64,000 nucleotides of DNA, from the NCBI RefSeq assembly GCF_009914755.1, contig NC_060926.1. One strand, written 5' to 3'. The notes below the pieces were generated by a model, which saw only the letters and a program-made list of their open reading frames with translations, ran no database searches and was not told where the DNA came from. The position numbers and the translations under genes were made by a program. The DNA is from the human T2T-CHM13v2.0 reference genome, Homo sapiens. This document shows positions 30,813-52,276 of this stretch, piece after piece (position 1 is the stretch's first letter; the number at the start of each line of letters is the position of its first letter).

Positions 30813-31769
30813 AAAATTATTATTAAATATAAATTTTAAATTTATTCTTAAGTATTTAGTTGATGATGTGAAGTTTATGTCCATAGTAACTGCAAGGTAG
30901 TCTGAATTATATGACATCTAGAATTGTGTAAAATAAAATATTTTACATTCTGTAAGATGTTTATTATACTAACATCATCATACCATTTACATTCTTTGAT
31001 TTTTAATCAAACCAGTTTAAATTCAGCAGTGTTCTACTTTAATATATTATTTTTATCTGTGTTTAAGTTTTGTTCATGGTGGGTTAACATTTGAAAAAAT
31101 GCTGTGGTTAACAAGAAACTTTTCAGCTTTTATAAATATTTTACCCGTGTGATTTTTTTCAAAGATTTTAACATTCAACCACCATGCAGTGATTATATAC
31201 ATAAAGATCATGAGTTCCAGCCTCCAAAAGCAAATCAGACACTTAGTAAAATGAGTACATAAACTTAAAATTAAGTGGGCAACATGTCCAGAAAACAGAT
31301 CAGATGGCAACCATGACTAAACAAAAACAAATTCTCCAAATGAGTATCTCAGAAAACCTAAAGTTTAAAATGCCCAGAGTGGAAGATGGCAATTCTGTGC
31401 CTTCCAACCCAATACTACACCATTTTTAACAATTAACAATGTTTGAGAGATGAATGGCCTTGACTTAATCATATTAATTTTGCAAGTCTAGTTCAACTAA
31501 AAATGAGAAAAACTCACTTAAGAAATGATATCCCAGACTAATTTACCAAAATCTTAAGAACAATTTTTGTAGCCTTTATATCAAAACAACCATTCATGGT
31601 GTTCTTCAATCCTGGAAATGGCTCCACAATATACTGACTAATTTCTTGCAACATTTTGGTAAAATAGATAAATGAATGGTTTTTGTAGTCTCATAAATGT
31701 AATTTTCTTTCAAATCATATTATCTTATTCTCTAATAAAAGTGCATTTATACACACACTAAAAGTATGT

Positions 31770-31925
31770 TATGTAGATTGTAAGCAATATAATGCCAGGG
31801 ACCATGGCTTTTTAACTTTATTGTTTTTATATAGGCATAATATATACATTGTTTTCACATAGACATATATATATAAATCCCATAAGACCCAATGAAATTC
31901 TAATAAATGTTTGTTGATTGATTAA
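31770..31925 (+). mobile_element. L2 3' end remnant
   Basis: TAGATTGTAAGC...CAGGGACCATG and terminal AATAAATGTTTGTTGATTGATTAAT. Confidence 0.5.
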
Positions 31926-32209
31926 TCCCTGTGTACAGATATTGCTTATAATAGGATCGGTTTTCGTGCCTATGTTAAACAAATCCAAAGCTTCCTCTGC
32001 TCAAGCAGTGTGTCCAATGGCATGAGATAGAAGTCTAGCAACTTGCACATAGTAGGCCTGCAGTAAACAAACAATATAAATAAATGAATAAGAAAGGAAG
32101 GAGGAAGAAAGATGAAGAAAAATTCTTTCTAATTTAAGTCAAAAACCAATACTAACTCCTGATTCTTATGGGTATTCTAACTAGTTTATTATGTTGCTTC
32201 TTCTCAATT

Positions 32210-32669
32210 TGTATAACCCCTTTCATCCCCAGTATTAATTCCCCACTTCTCTGTACCCTCTTCTGTGACACGGGAAGCTGACTCCTCCAGATTGCATCAC
32301 TTGGGTTCTCTTCCAGCTTGGCTTCCAGATGGGTTCCACTGATAGTAGCCAGAGGCAAGAGAGTGGGAGAAGAGCGAGCTCAGAGCATTTCTCTCCCTTC
32401 TGTGGTGCAGTTACTCTGGCTACAGCTGCATTCTTCTAATCCTACTTCTCTGCTGGACAGCTCCTGCTCTTCCTGGTTTTTGGAAAGACTATTTTCTCTG
32501 CTGATCTCTTAACTACCAGATGATTGCTGCTATTGCTAGTCTCTGGGGAGCTCAATGACTTACTCAGTTGCATTTGACCTTCAGTAACCTTCAGTAATTA
32601 GTTTCAGCCTGAAAGTCTTTTTATTTAAGCTATCCGGTTATTATTCCTGCTGAGACTTTGACTGATACA
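32210..32669 (-). mobile_element. ERVL-type solo LTR (LTR33-like)
   Basis: Ends CCTGCTGAGACTTTGACTGATACA; internal GGAAGCTGACTCCTCCAGATTGCATC...TGGCTTCCAGATGGGTTC. Confidence 0.6.
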
Positions 32670-33559
32670 ATCATAAGTCACCCATCTTGGTTTTAGGTCA
32701 TTTAATGATACCTAATCCATTACCAACTGATATGATCATTTTGAGCCACACTCTGAATTTTAAAAATCAAGATTTTAAAATTTGAACAAATTGCATTCTT
32801 ATCTTGGCAATTCATATGTTTTACTTTATTGTTATAGAGAACTATGGAGAAAAAATCTAGAATACTGTGTTGCTTTAATATCCCTAAGGTCTTCTTGTCA
32901 CCTTAACTCCTATTTCTTATTTTTTCTGAATGAAGGGTAGATAATAGATTTACACATGATAATAATAAACAATAAATATTTAGAGAGAATACTTATTGCC
33001 AGGCATTTTCAGACATGCATATATCGTCAAAATATCTGAACAAATATAACAATTATATTTACAACAAATGCTAAAGCTATATTAAATAACTTTAATATAC
33101 CTAGGTAAGTAGAGCACTTTAACTGGTAGCTCTTTAAACCCAGCTGTTGGAAATGCAGGAGGGTATAGGTGACAATAACATTTTAACATCATTAAATTAC
33201 AAAATAGACTGATAGATTAATTTTTTACCTTTTCATCAGTATTTATATTATTTATAACTAAGTCTACATCATCAGTAACTTTTAGAATGTGAAGGTTTTG
33301 TTATTTTCTATTATAAAACTGAAATAGCCATTCATGTTTGAAAAAAATCACATAAGTAATTACGCTGCTAAAAATCAGCACCACAAGCAGGAAATAAATG
33401 AGTAAAATATAACGTTTCATTTCCATTTGATAGCTTCATATCACAAATTAAATTTCCTCCTGTACTAACTATACCTTGCTTATCTCTGAAACCTCTTTTT
33501 CAATCTATTTTTTCATAAATTTAAAATCTTCTTTTGATGTTTTTTGGTTACATGTCATT

Positions 33560-34010
33560 TTGTTTTTAGCAATTGTCACAATAATGCTGTGTAATAAAAC
33601 ACCTCCAGACTCCGTGGTTTAAACAGTAATCATTTATCCTTTCAGATCTACAGGTCAGGCAGCATTTGGTGGATCCAGACTGTGCTGGGCTAGGTGGCTC
33701 TGCTTCATCTGTATCTCTGTGTAGGCTGGAGTAACCATGTTCCACGTCTTTGTCATTCTTCTTCAACCACTGAGCAGGGATCTGTATTTTTCTCAAGTGG
33801 ATGGCAGAGGCACAAAGGGCAAGCAGAAATATGCTTAACATTCAGGCCCAGAACTAACACATTTTCACTTGAATCACATTGGATTGATCAGAATAAATCA
33901 CTTAACCAAAATTATGAAAAAGCGGTAAGGAAACATACTCTGCTCTGTCAACAGGAAAAACTGCAAATGGCATGGAGGTAGAAAGGAGTGAACAATTGGG
34001 CTTAATTCAT
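33560..34010 (-). mobile_element. Old MaLR LTR (MLT1I/J-like)
   Basis: TAATGCTGTGTAATAAAACACCTCCAGACTCCGTGGTTTAAACAGTAATCATTTAT; TCACATTGGATTGATCAGAATAAATCAC. Confidence 0.65.
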
Positions 34011-36109
34011 TTCTAGTATCTTTTTCTGTCTCTTATTGGCAATCTGTCTCTTAAGCTAACTTCTCTAAAACCCCTCCTCCTATATTCATCAAAAAGATTT
34101 TCATCTGTTAGTAAAACATTTTATGAAAGTAAGTTTTAAAATATTTTCTTTTCAAGTTCCCATTTGTTGTTTAAATAGTAACTACTAGAGGAGAGTTTAA
34201 CCCTATACATTTAAAGGTGATAGCATAATGTTTATTGAATGTAATATATTGAAAATTTAAGTGTAGAATACAGTACTTTTGTATTGGAAGATAAGTGATT
34301 AAGTAAATTACATGATCTTGTATAATCAATCATGAGAAGAGAAGTCTTTTTGTTTTACAAAGATTTACATTGGCAACCTGTATTATTCCAGTGGCAATAA
34401 CCCTACAAACATATTTTAATAGCTGATTTTAAGGTTTAAATGCATTATTTTACAGTACAATTATTACAAATAAAAATGAAAGAAACATTTCTGAAGTATC
34501 TACTCCATCTCAGGAACAGAATAATGTCATATATTTGATATTATAAGTTATACACGCACACATACACACATACAGGCATTGCAACAGCCTAGAGATGAAG
34601 GTATTATATCTCTACTTTAGAAATGAGGATATTGGGGTTTAGAGAACCCCATAAATCACAAACCGAGTAAAACAGTGGCCCAACAAATAAAGTTTCCAGG
34701 CTAAATGGTATATTTATGAACAAAAAGGATACTATATATAGATTACATAATATTTTGGAAAGAGCTCTGGACTTTGTATCTGAAGTCATAGACTCACATT
34801 TTGAATGCCCTGTTTACTGTAGGAACTTGGGTAGTCAGAAACTTTTTTTGTAGTAGTAGTAGTTCTGAGGATTGAGTGGCATATGGAAAACAAACCATCA
34901 CCTCTAATACTGACATAGTTTATAATAAAGAAATGGTTTTAGTCTGCTAACTACTCCATCAGTCTAGACTTTGAATCAGTCTAGTCCACACAAGAGGAAC
35001 TTAGCTCTACATAGCAGACCAACTTCTCCAGCTGACTGCCTCCCCAAGACCAGCGTGTAGCAAGTGAAAGATTATCAATACCTCAGTCTCTCTCCCTACA
35101 AAGCAATGAGGAGAGGATAGGGAAAATATTCTTTCCTCAAATGAAAAGAGGATTGATATTCTAAAGAGGACAGGACAATATTGTACCTATACACATCAAT
35201 GTACACACACAGAAACATATGTAATGATTCTATTTCCAATGAAGCTCTGTGTATTTTTTCTCTCAAAATCCTAAGGAACATTTCTGTCATTTACACCTGT
35301 GAAAGTCTTGATAAAACCCAAGTGTGATAAGACTTTAAAAAAACAAAAGCACTTTCAAACTTTACAAATTTTCTTTATAAGTGCTGGGAATTATTATTAC
35401 TTACAAAACAGCAGTTTGTGAATCGAAGGTTTATATGCTATTTGGCATAATCCTTTTTCACAAAGCTCAATGAGACTTCTTTTAAAATTTAACAGAGGCT
35501 ATCAAAAATTAATATTGCTGGTGCTAACATAGATAGAAAGAAATTAACATTTTAGGGGGAACCTACTTGGTGCCAGGGAAATTTGACATGTGCTGTTCAC
35601 TCACGGCCAACCAGTTGGTTAGCTATTAGAGAAATCTGTGACTCACAAAAGTTACATAAGTGCCTAAATTTATATTAAGAATGTGCATAAAATCTGGAAA
35701 GAAGCCAATGGAAGTCTTAAATTAGAATAATTCCGTGACTTTTTAAAATTGTGTTTGAATAGATATTTTCTGCAAGGAATATTCTATGCCAACTATCTCT
35801 AAACTATTCATTTTAAAACATTTTTAAATACTGATAACTTTTAAAGCTTAGACTCTATAAAAATATGAAACTAATTACTATTGTTTATAATATATTTTGG
35901 CTCTTTAATAACTTTAATAATTAACTGCCATTTAAGTTAATCCATCCTGGTGTCAGAGTTATTAGAAATGCATAAAAGTGATGGTATAAATTACAGTGTC
36001 ACACTTGGGAAATCCCTAGCGGAATTCTATAATGTGTAGAGAAATGATGGATTTCACTTATCATCTTCAGTTTTCAGCTGCATCTTTAGTTATATCACTT
36101 AAAGAATTA

Positions 36110-36330
36110 CATATTGATGTATTAGGCACTGATCAGATATGTATATTATCTCTAACCTCCACATCCACACTGCAAGTTAGCTATTCTTATTCCCATGTTA
36201 TAAACAACTAAACTAAACCTTCAGGAAGTTAAGTGAGTAGTCCGAGGCCTCAGAGCTAATGAGTAATAGAGCTGAGATTAGACCTCAAGTACTTTTCCCT
36301 CACTCCAACATCTGCTACTATATTACATCA
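36110..36330 (-). mobile_element. MIR
   Basis: ATTCCCATGTTATAAACAACTAAACTAAACCTTCAGGAAGTTAAGTGAGTAGTCCGAGGCCTCAGAGCTAATGAGT. Confidence 0.6.
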
Positions 36331-37809
36331 TGGCATCTCTCTTAAAAAATGAAATTACAATGAAAATATTACTTAAGAGGAAGTTAATAAAAACATAAAA
36401 ATATATTTTAACATATTCATATTAAGTAGCCTATATTGCAACAAGCTTACTTTACCAGAATTAGTCCCTCCCTCAAGCCAGCACAGCTCAATGCCAAGAG
36501 AGAGAACCTCAGTGTATGACTTCCCCCTCAGAGGGAAATGAAAGGGAGGAACATGCATCCAGTGTCCCTGGCCTTTCAGAGTGCTATTTGAGAGTCCAGT
36601 TTATGTTTTACCTTACCCAGAGCCCTGATGAAACCTGCATATTTTGGATGCCTATGAGCAGTTAAGAATAAAGGGAAGGTGCAGGTAGCTGGCTGAAGCT
36701 GGTATGGTTCTGTGAATTTGGGAGACAGTGAGTGAAAGTGGGAGAGGAGTATAGCATACTTTCAGTGTCCTAGCACATGGAACAGCAGTCAGAAACCAGT
36801 GAGAACAAGAGACTATGGGCAAAAGAAAGAGAGAGAGAGAGACCAATAAATCTCTTTAATTAAGTGCACACATGAGTCCAAAGAAAAGGTTTAAGATACT
36901 TCCAAAATCTCTTGTAAGGCTGGGCATTGAAGGTCTTTCCCTGTGGAAGCCAGTTCATAAAGACTAGGCGAAGTGGCTGTATCTTCAAATGCACAAATAC
37001 CAATGCAAAATTCCAATAAACACAAAGACTGAGGGAAATATGACATAATAAAATGAATAAAATAAATCTTCAGTATCTGACACTAAAGAAATGCAGATCT
37101 ATTACCTCACGAAGAATTCAAAATAATCATCTTAAAGGAATTCAGTAAGTTATAAGAGAACACAAATAAACAAATTAATAAAATCAGGAAAATGATATGT
37201 AAGCAAAATGAAAATATCAGCAAAGAGATAGAGACTATAAAAAGAAACAAATTCTGGAGCTGAAGAAAACAATAACTGAAATAAAAAATTCATTCAAGGG
37301 GTTCAGCATTAGACTTGATCAAGAAGAAGAATGAATCAATGAACTTAAAGACAAGTCATGTAAAATTACCCAGTCAGAGAAACAAAAGTAAAAAATAAAA
37401 AGAGTTAAGAAAGTCTAAATGACAATGGGACATCATCAAGAGAACCAATATAGGCATTAGGAGGACCTCAGAAGGAGAAGAGTAAGTGAAAGTTTCAGAA
37501 AGATTATTTATAGAAACAATGGACCAAAACTTACAAATCTGAAAAAAGAAACTGATGTCTGGATCCAAGAAGTGCAAATTACCCCAAATAAAATGAATTC
37601 AAAGAACTCTATACCAAGACACCCTATAATCAAGTTGTAACAACTCAATAACAGAGCAAATTGGGAAAGCAATAAGTAAGAGGAAACTAGTGACATACAA
37701 AAGAGCTCAAAATAAGACTATCAGCCAATTTCTCAGCAGAAACCTTGCAGGCCAGGAGGGAGAGAGATTATATACTCAAAGTGCTGAAATAAAAAAATAC
37801 CTTGCCAAC

Positions 37810-43349
<5,540 letters not shown>

Positions 43350-43531
43350 AAAAAAATAACCTGCCAACCAACAAAACTGTCCTTCAGAAATGAAAGAGTG
43401 ATGACGACTTTCCTGGACAAACAAAAGCTGAGGAAATTCTTCACCATTAGACTTGCCTTATACAAAATGCTAAAGGGAGTTCTTCAATTTGAAACGAAAA
43501 GAGACTAAACAGCAATAGAAAAGCAACAGGA

Positions 43532-43850
<319 letters not shown>

Positions 43851-44405
43851 AAAGCAACAGGAAAGCTATACATGTCCCTACTAATGAGTTGTTTTAAAAC
43901 ACAGAATACTGTAATATTGTAACAATGATGTATAAATCAATTTTAATTCTACTACAAAAGTTAAAAGACAAAAGTACTAAAAATAATTGTAACCACACAA
44001 ATATATTAATAAATACACAATATATGCAGATGTAAATGGTGGCATCCATAGTAAAGTATAGAAGGAACAAGTAAAAGTATGGCATTTTATATGCAATTGA
44101 AGTACAGTTATTTTCCACTTAAACTATACTGTAATAACTATAAGATATTTTATGTAAGCCTCATGGCAAGCACAAAGAAAACACTTATTGAAGATATACA
44201 AAAGAAAAAGAGAAAGGAATTGAAGTGTATCACTACAAAAAAATCAATAAATCACCAAGGAAGATAGTAAAAAAAAAAGACAGGAACATGAAAATTACAA
44301 AGCAGGCAGAAAACATTGTTTTAGCATGGCAGTAATAAGTTCTTACCTATCAGTACTTACTTTAAATGCAAATAGTTTAAAATCTCCAATCAAAATCACA
44401 GAGTG

Positions 44406-45138
<733 letters not shown>

Positions 45139-48100
45139 AAAGTCATAGAGTGGTTGAATGAATTAAAAAACAAAATCCAACTACATTATATGTATAAGAT
45201 ACTTTAGATTTAAGGACACACATAAACTGAAAGTGAAGGGATGGAAAAGATACTCTAGGCAAATGGTAACCAAAAGAGAAAAGGGGTGGCTATACTAATA
45301 TCAGAAAAAATAGACTTTATGTCAAAAACTGTCACTAGGGATGAAGAAGGTAATTATATAATGATAAAAGGGTCAATTTGTCAGGAAGATACAATTATTA
45401 TAAATATACATACACCCAACATCAGAGCACTTAGATATATAAATCAAACATTGACAAAACTGAGAAAGAAATGCACAGCAATACAATACTAGTAGGAGAT
45501 TTTAATACCCAACTTTCATAATGGATAGACCATTCAGACAGAAAATCAATAAGAAAACAGTGGGCTTGAACAACACTATAGACCAAATTGACCTAACAGA
45601 TATACACAGAACATTCCACCCAAAAGTAGCAGAATGCATATTCTTTTCAAGTATACATATAACATTAACCCAGAAAGATTATAGGTTAGGATAAAACAAG
45701 TCGTAACAAATTTTAAAAGACCAGAATCATTCCGAGTACCTTTTCTGAATCAAATGGAATGAAACTAGAAACCAATAGCAACAAGAAAATAGAAAAATTC
45801 ACAAACACATGAAAGTAAACAATACACTCTTGAACCATCATTAGGTTAAAGAATAAATTAAAAATGAAATTAGATGAAGCTTATAATGATAAATGTCTAT
45901 ATTTAAGAAAAAAGTATGCCAAATCAATGACCTAACTTCACTCTTCAAGGAAGTAAAAAGAAGAATAAACGAAGGCTAAAGTTGGCAGAAATACAGGAAT
46001 AATAAAGATTAATACATACGTTAAAAAAAAAGTCTGTCAGGATTCAAACAGTAATCCTGCTATCAAAGAAAAGCCCTGGACCAGATGACTTCACACGTGA
46101 ATTTCACCAAATATTTAAAGAAGAATTAATACCAATGTTTCTTGAACTACTTCAAAATATTGGAGAAAAGGGACACTTCTAAACTCATTTTATGAGGTCA
46201 GCATTACCCTGATTCCAAAGCTACAAAAAGATGTTACAGGGAAAAAAAATTACAGGTCGGTATCCCCTCAGAAACATGGATGCAAAAACCCTCAATAAAA
46301 TACTAGCAAGCTAAATTCAATAGCACATTTAAAGACTCATACACCATCAGCAAGTGGAATTTATACTAGGGGTTTAAGGATGATTTAACATTGTAAATCA
46401 ACATGATACACCACATTAACAGAATGAAGAAGAAATAATCATCTGAATTAATGCAGGAAAAGCATTCAACAAAATTCAGCATTCCTTCAAAATAAAAACT
46501 CTCAGCAAACGAGGTATAGAAAAAATGTACCACAACATAACAAAGGTCATATATGAGAAGTTCAAAGCTAACATCACATTCAACTGAAAAACTGAAAGCT
46601 TCTTCTCTAAGGTCACAAAGAAAGCACAGATGCCCATTCTTGACACTTCTATTTAATACAGTACTGAAAGTCCTAGTCAAAGCACTTAGTAAAGAAAAAG
46701 AGAAGAAGGCATCCAAATGGGTAAAGAAGTAGTAAAATTATCTGTTTACAAATAACATGGCCTTACATGTAGAAAATTGTAAATATTCCTCACACACAAA
46801 AAAACCCTGTTAGAACTAATAAACAAATACAGTAAAGGTGCAGAATACAAAACCAGCCTACAAAAAATAAGTTGGCCTTCTGTTCACTAACAATGAATCA
46901 TTTCAAAGGAAACTATAAAAAATCGCATTTACAGTAATATCCAGAAAAATAAAATTTTTAGGAATAGACGTAACCAAGGAGGTGAAAGGCTTGTATTATG
47001 AAAACTGCAAATTATTGATGAAAGAAATAAAAGAAGACATAAATAAATGAAAGAATATCTATGTTCATGGATTGTAAAATTTCATATTGTTATAATGTTC
47101 ATACTACCAAAAGCAATCGACATATTCAGTACAATCCCTAATAAAATTCCAATGGATTTTTTTAAAGAAATAGATAATTCTATCCAAAAATTCATATGGA
47201 ACCAGGAAAAACTCCAAATAACCAAAGCAATCTTGAGAAGGTAGAACAAAGCTGGAGATTTCACATTTCCTGATTTCAAAATATTTGTAGAGCTACAAAT
47301 TAAGCAGTATGATATGGCATAAAAATGGACAAACACACAAATGGAATAAAAAAGAGAGTCGAGAAATAAATCAACAAACATACAGCCAACTGATTTTCAC
47401 CAAGAATTTCAAAAATGCAATGGGGAAAGGATAATCTCTTTAACACATGGTGTTGGATCACAGGACATCCATGTGCACAAGAATAAAATTGGATTCATAT
47501 TTTACAAAATACACAAAAATCAACTCCAAATAGATGAAACATTTAATAATACCCGAAACTATAAAACTCCTAGGATAAGAAAGGAAAAAGTTTCATGACA
47601 TTGGTCTTGGCAATGATTTTTTTTTTAATATGACACAGAAAGCACAAGCAACACAAGCAAAATTAGACAAATGGTACTAGATAAAACCAGAAAGCTTCTG
47701 CACAGCAAAAGAAAATTAACAGTATGAAAAGGCAACCTAAATACTGGGGGAAAATATTTGCAAACCACATATCTGAGAAAATGTTAATGTTTAAAATGTA
47801 TAGGGAACTTCTACAACTCAGTAACAAAAACACAAATAACTTGATTACAACATGGGCACAAAACTTGAATAAAACATTTCTCTAAAGAAGAATCATCAAG
47901 GAAATGCAAAACTACAATGAGATATCACCTCACGCCTGTTAAGATGGCTATTATAAAAAAAAAGATAACAAATGTTGACAAGGATGAAGAAAAATTGGAA
48001 CCCTGTACACTATTAGTGGGAATATAAAATAGTACAGCAGCTATGGAAAAAAGTATGAATGTTTCTTTAAAAATACAAAATTGAATTGTGAGCCTATTTA

Positions 48101-48544
48101 AAATAGAAATTTGATCCATATGATCCAGCAGTTTTACTTCTGAGTATATATCCAAAAGAATTGAAACTAGGACCCTGAAGAGAGATTTGCACTCTCATGT
48201 TCATTGTAGCATTATTCATAACAGCTAAGATTTGAAAACAACCTAATGCACGTTGATGGATGAATGAATAAAGAAAATGTAGTACATACAGACAGTTGAA
48301 TATTTATCAGCCTTATAAAAGAAGAAAATCTTCATCTGCATCATGCCTGAATCAAGAAAGCATTATGTTAAAATTATGCTAGTATTAGCCAGTCACAGAA
48401 GGGCAAATACTCATGATGCCACTTACATGAGGTATCTAAAATAGTCAAACTCATGGAACTCAGAGCATAATGGCAACAGTAGTTGCAAAATTAAAGTGTC
48501 AGTGGATGAGGGGAAGGGGAAATGGGGAATTGCTCTTCAACAGG

Positions 48545-48893
48545 TGTATTAGTCCATTCTCACACTGCTATAAAGAAATACCCAAGACTGGGTAATTTAT
48601 TAAGGAAAGAGGTTTAATTGACTCACAGTTCTGCATGCCTGGGGAGGCCTCAGAAAACTTACCATCACAGTGTAAGGGGAAGCAGACATGTCTTACGTGG
48701 AGGCAGGAGAGAGAGGGCATGTGTGTAGGAGGAACTGCTAAACGCTTATAAAACCATCAGATCTCATGAGAACTCACTATGGCAAGAAGAGCATGGGGGA
48801 AATAACCTCCATGATCCAATCCCCTCCCTTTTTTGACACATGGGAATTACAGTTTGAGATGATATTTGGGGTAGAGACACAGAGCCAAACCAA
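48545..48893 (-). mobile_element. THE1/MST solo LTR
   Basis: TGTATTAGTCCATTCTCACACTGCTATAAAG...GACACAGAGCCAAACCA; last bases of the terminus altered. Confidence 0.9.
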
Positions 48894-50539
48894 GCCAGTA
48901 TTTTATTGAGGATTTTACAAAAGTATTTCATCTCCAGTTAGCAAGAGCCCATGAAGAAAATGACATATTTGTCTACCTCAAGTTTATTTAAATCTTCAAG
49001 AAATAATTTGAAAGTATATATTTTATTTCCAATAATACCTATTCTAATATAATATATAATAAAATCTTTTCTTCAGATTACCCAGTTACTTTTTAATATT
49101 CAAAAAATTAAATATCAACTATCATAAAGAAGCTTGATATTTCAACCAGTAGCATTCAATACTGCTCATTTAATTTTGGCAAAAACATGCAATCATTGCT
49201 GACTGCATAATGTTAGAACAGTATAGGCTAAACATTAATAGTCTGATGTGAGGTTAACCTACTGTTAGAATGTGTGTGATCACAGCAGAGCATTCATTTA
49301 TTTCTTTCACTTTTCTTACTCCATAAACATTACGATAGGATCCCTTATGTTACAAGGAACAGGACATGCCATGGTCACCAAGGAATTTATTACCTGTATG
49401 CCAGAAAGTAACAAAACTCAGCAAGCTTTCTGAGCCTATGGAAAAATAGAAGATCAGTTGTAACCATGAAAGATGCAATAGCAACTTGAATAACCCAAAA
49501 AAGTGCTGCAGATGGGCATTGCACCATCCCCTAAGAAGCCAGCTCTCTCTTGTTGGTCAGCCTAGTGACTCCACTCTACTTATAAACCTGTTCCATGTCA
49601 GTTTCTCCCTCCATTATTTGTGCCTATACTTTCAGTTCCTGTTTCTATTGCCCTCTCAAGAAACCAAGATGTTCCAAGAAAGAGATCAGAATTCATTCTC
49701 TGATCGCTAACACAGAGCATATCTTACTTAGCAAAGGTCTCAATCCATGGCGCCTCATAGGTTGCTGGGCTCTGGTACATCCAGCTATGCATCCAATAAC
49801 CAAAGAGTCATTCTTGAACAACCCTGAGATTACAGGCAGATATTGAAAACATATTCATCAAGTTGAAAGGCTACTAAGCAAAAATGATGGCAATTGCAGA
49901 AGTGTGGTTGAAGGTGGTTTGCTCCCAGGAACATGTTCTGTTCTGAAGATAGGACTGCATATGAGTATGTGTGTCACTATGACCAGTGGCCCCCCAAAAA
50001 CGTGGATCTTGCATGCTGAACTAAGTAATACATCTAGAAAGTCTATCTCTAGTCATGTTATCTATTCTAACTTGTTGCAATTCATATAACTTCAGTTTTA
50101 AGAAGGAAGCTGCTGAATTTTTCAAAATCATTTGAAAGAATGGATAAACTACTTTTTATTTTGATAGAGAAAATAATTTTAAAATCTAACATAAGTAAAC
50201 GACTTGGACACAACTCCAATACATCTAACTAGGTTACATCTTTGGTTTGACTTTAATCATTTATAGAGCAAAAAAATTATTCATTATTCATAAATTTAAT
50301 TCACTGTTTTCTGCTACTGGGAAAAATATACTCCTTTAATTTGCCAAAGTGCTATTACTTATCATTTAATATTCACAAATATGATATCATTTGCTAGTGG
50401 AAAAGAATGAAATCAAAATTAAATTGGAAACTTTACTTACTAGTATTCCATTCTTTTTTATTTGATAATGTTGGCAGAGATGATGATAATGGCAATTTAG
50501 CAGCAGGATACTTTGCCCTGTTACCTAAGAAACACTAAG

Positions 50540-50897
50540 TGCAATGGCTTGAACGTGTCCCCCAAAATTCATGTGTTGGAAACTTAATCTTCAATGCAAT
50601 GGGGTTGGAGGATGACGCCTAATGGGAGATGTTTAGGTCCTGAGGCCTCCACCCTCATGAATGGATTATGTGGATTATAAAAGGGCTAGAGGCTGTGAGT
50701 TTGATTTCTCACTCTCTCCTTCTCTCACCATGTGATGCCTTCCACCATGTTATGATGCAGCAAATGACCCTCACCAGATGTGGTCATTCAGTCTTGGATT
50801 TCCCAGCTTCCAGAACCATGAACCAATAAATTTCTATTTTTTAGAAATTATCCAGTTTCAGGTAGTCTGTTATAATAGCATGAAATGAACTAAGACA
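50540..50897 (+). mobile_element. MST-type MaLR solo LTR
   Basis: TGCAATGGCTTGAACGTGTCCCCCAAAATTCATGTGTTGG...ACTAAGACA; TSD CTAAG/CTGAG. Confidence 0.88.
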
Positions 50898-52090
50898 CTG
50901 AGAAATAAAATTTCTTATGATATTTATTAAAATATTTAATGTAAATAATATACTTTAAATATAAATAATGAAGTTCATATATGATATCCAAGCAGGACAC
51001 AAAATGCATCCAGGATACATCTCAATGTCTTCTATAGACACAGAAAACATGATCTACTCAATTCGGTCAAAAATGCAGAAAGCCTATTATCATTAACTGT
51101 GCAACCAAACATTATAATTCAAAGTGGCTTTGATCATCTGATTACTAGAAATAAGAATATTCCTAGTGATATTGGTGCAAACTGATAAACCAAAATGTGT
51201 ATTTATGCAATTAAAACCACCATATATTTACTTTCTTTTATCAAAGCATCATTTATTTGTAATTGCTTCATAATTCCGAAAAGAAAAATGAATACATCCA
51301 TGCCATAATGGAAGTGATCAGAACATTTCCCTACTAATGACCTAGATTGCTTTGGGCTTATGCTATGACCTACTTATATTTCCTTCTTTCCCTATTGTAT
51401 TGATTTATTTTTATAGAGGAATAAGACATAGCATTTATTAAAATCCTAGATGGAGAAATTAAGCAATACATGTGAAGTGTCTTAGAAAGAAGTAAAGTTG
51501 TGTTGTGAAGAGCAAAATACACTTTAAAATAGAATACTGAGTATGAGATGAATGGATGGTAAGTGCTATTATTCACAACAAGTTAGTTCTATGAAGCTTT
51601 AACTCTCACAATTTTTATTCTTACTAAAAGTCATAAGAACAATATCCATAAATCTCTTTCTCATCTGCTATAAAAGATTTGACGGTATAAAACTCTAAAA
51701 TCTCAACTTTCTTTCTATTTGTCTATCAAGGCTATAATACTGTATGAAATTCCTCACCATGCCATTCATCAGACAGCCCCATGCAGTGGTATCTTCACAA
51801 TGTCAAGGACTTAGGAAAAAGAGACAATGCGGCACAGACATCACTTACCATGAAGATGGTTTAACTTGAGAATCCTCAGTTTTTACTAACAATAGAAATT
51901 GCAGTCAGGATGTGGAAGCTTCAGACTGTTTGTTCTAAACAGTAGGATAATGCAACAAATGAGAAACATGAAGTCAGTTTGTGACAAATGTGAAGAAGTG
52001 AGAATGCTTCAGCGTTCTTTAAATCATGTGGGGTCAGTAGAATTTCCACATGAGCAAAATGAATCTTCATCTCTCTGCTTCATACCATAT

Positions 52091-52270
52091 GCAGTGATTC
52101 TCAAACCAGGCTAGGAAGTTTTTTTTTTTACAAAATAAGGATTCCTGAACCTCCATGCCAGATAAAATTCAAAATGTGAAGAGTAAGGTGCAGAAATTTC
52201 TATATATTTTTAGAATTTCCATGTCATTCTTCAATGAAGTTGCCACATCGGTAGGAAGAATGAGTAAACT
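52091..52270. mobile_element. MER5-like hAT MITE remnant
   Basis: CAGTGATTCTCAAACCAGGCT...GATTCCTGAACCTCCATGCCAGA. Confidence 0.45.
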
Positions 52271-52276
52271 TTAGAG

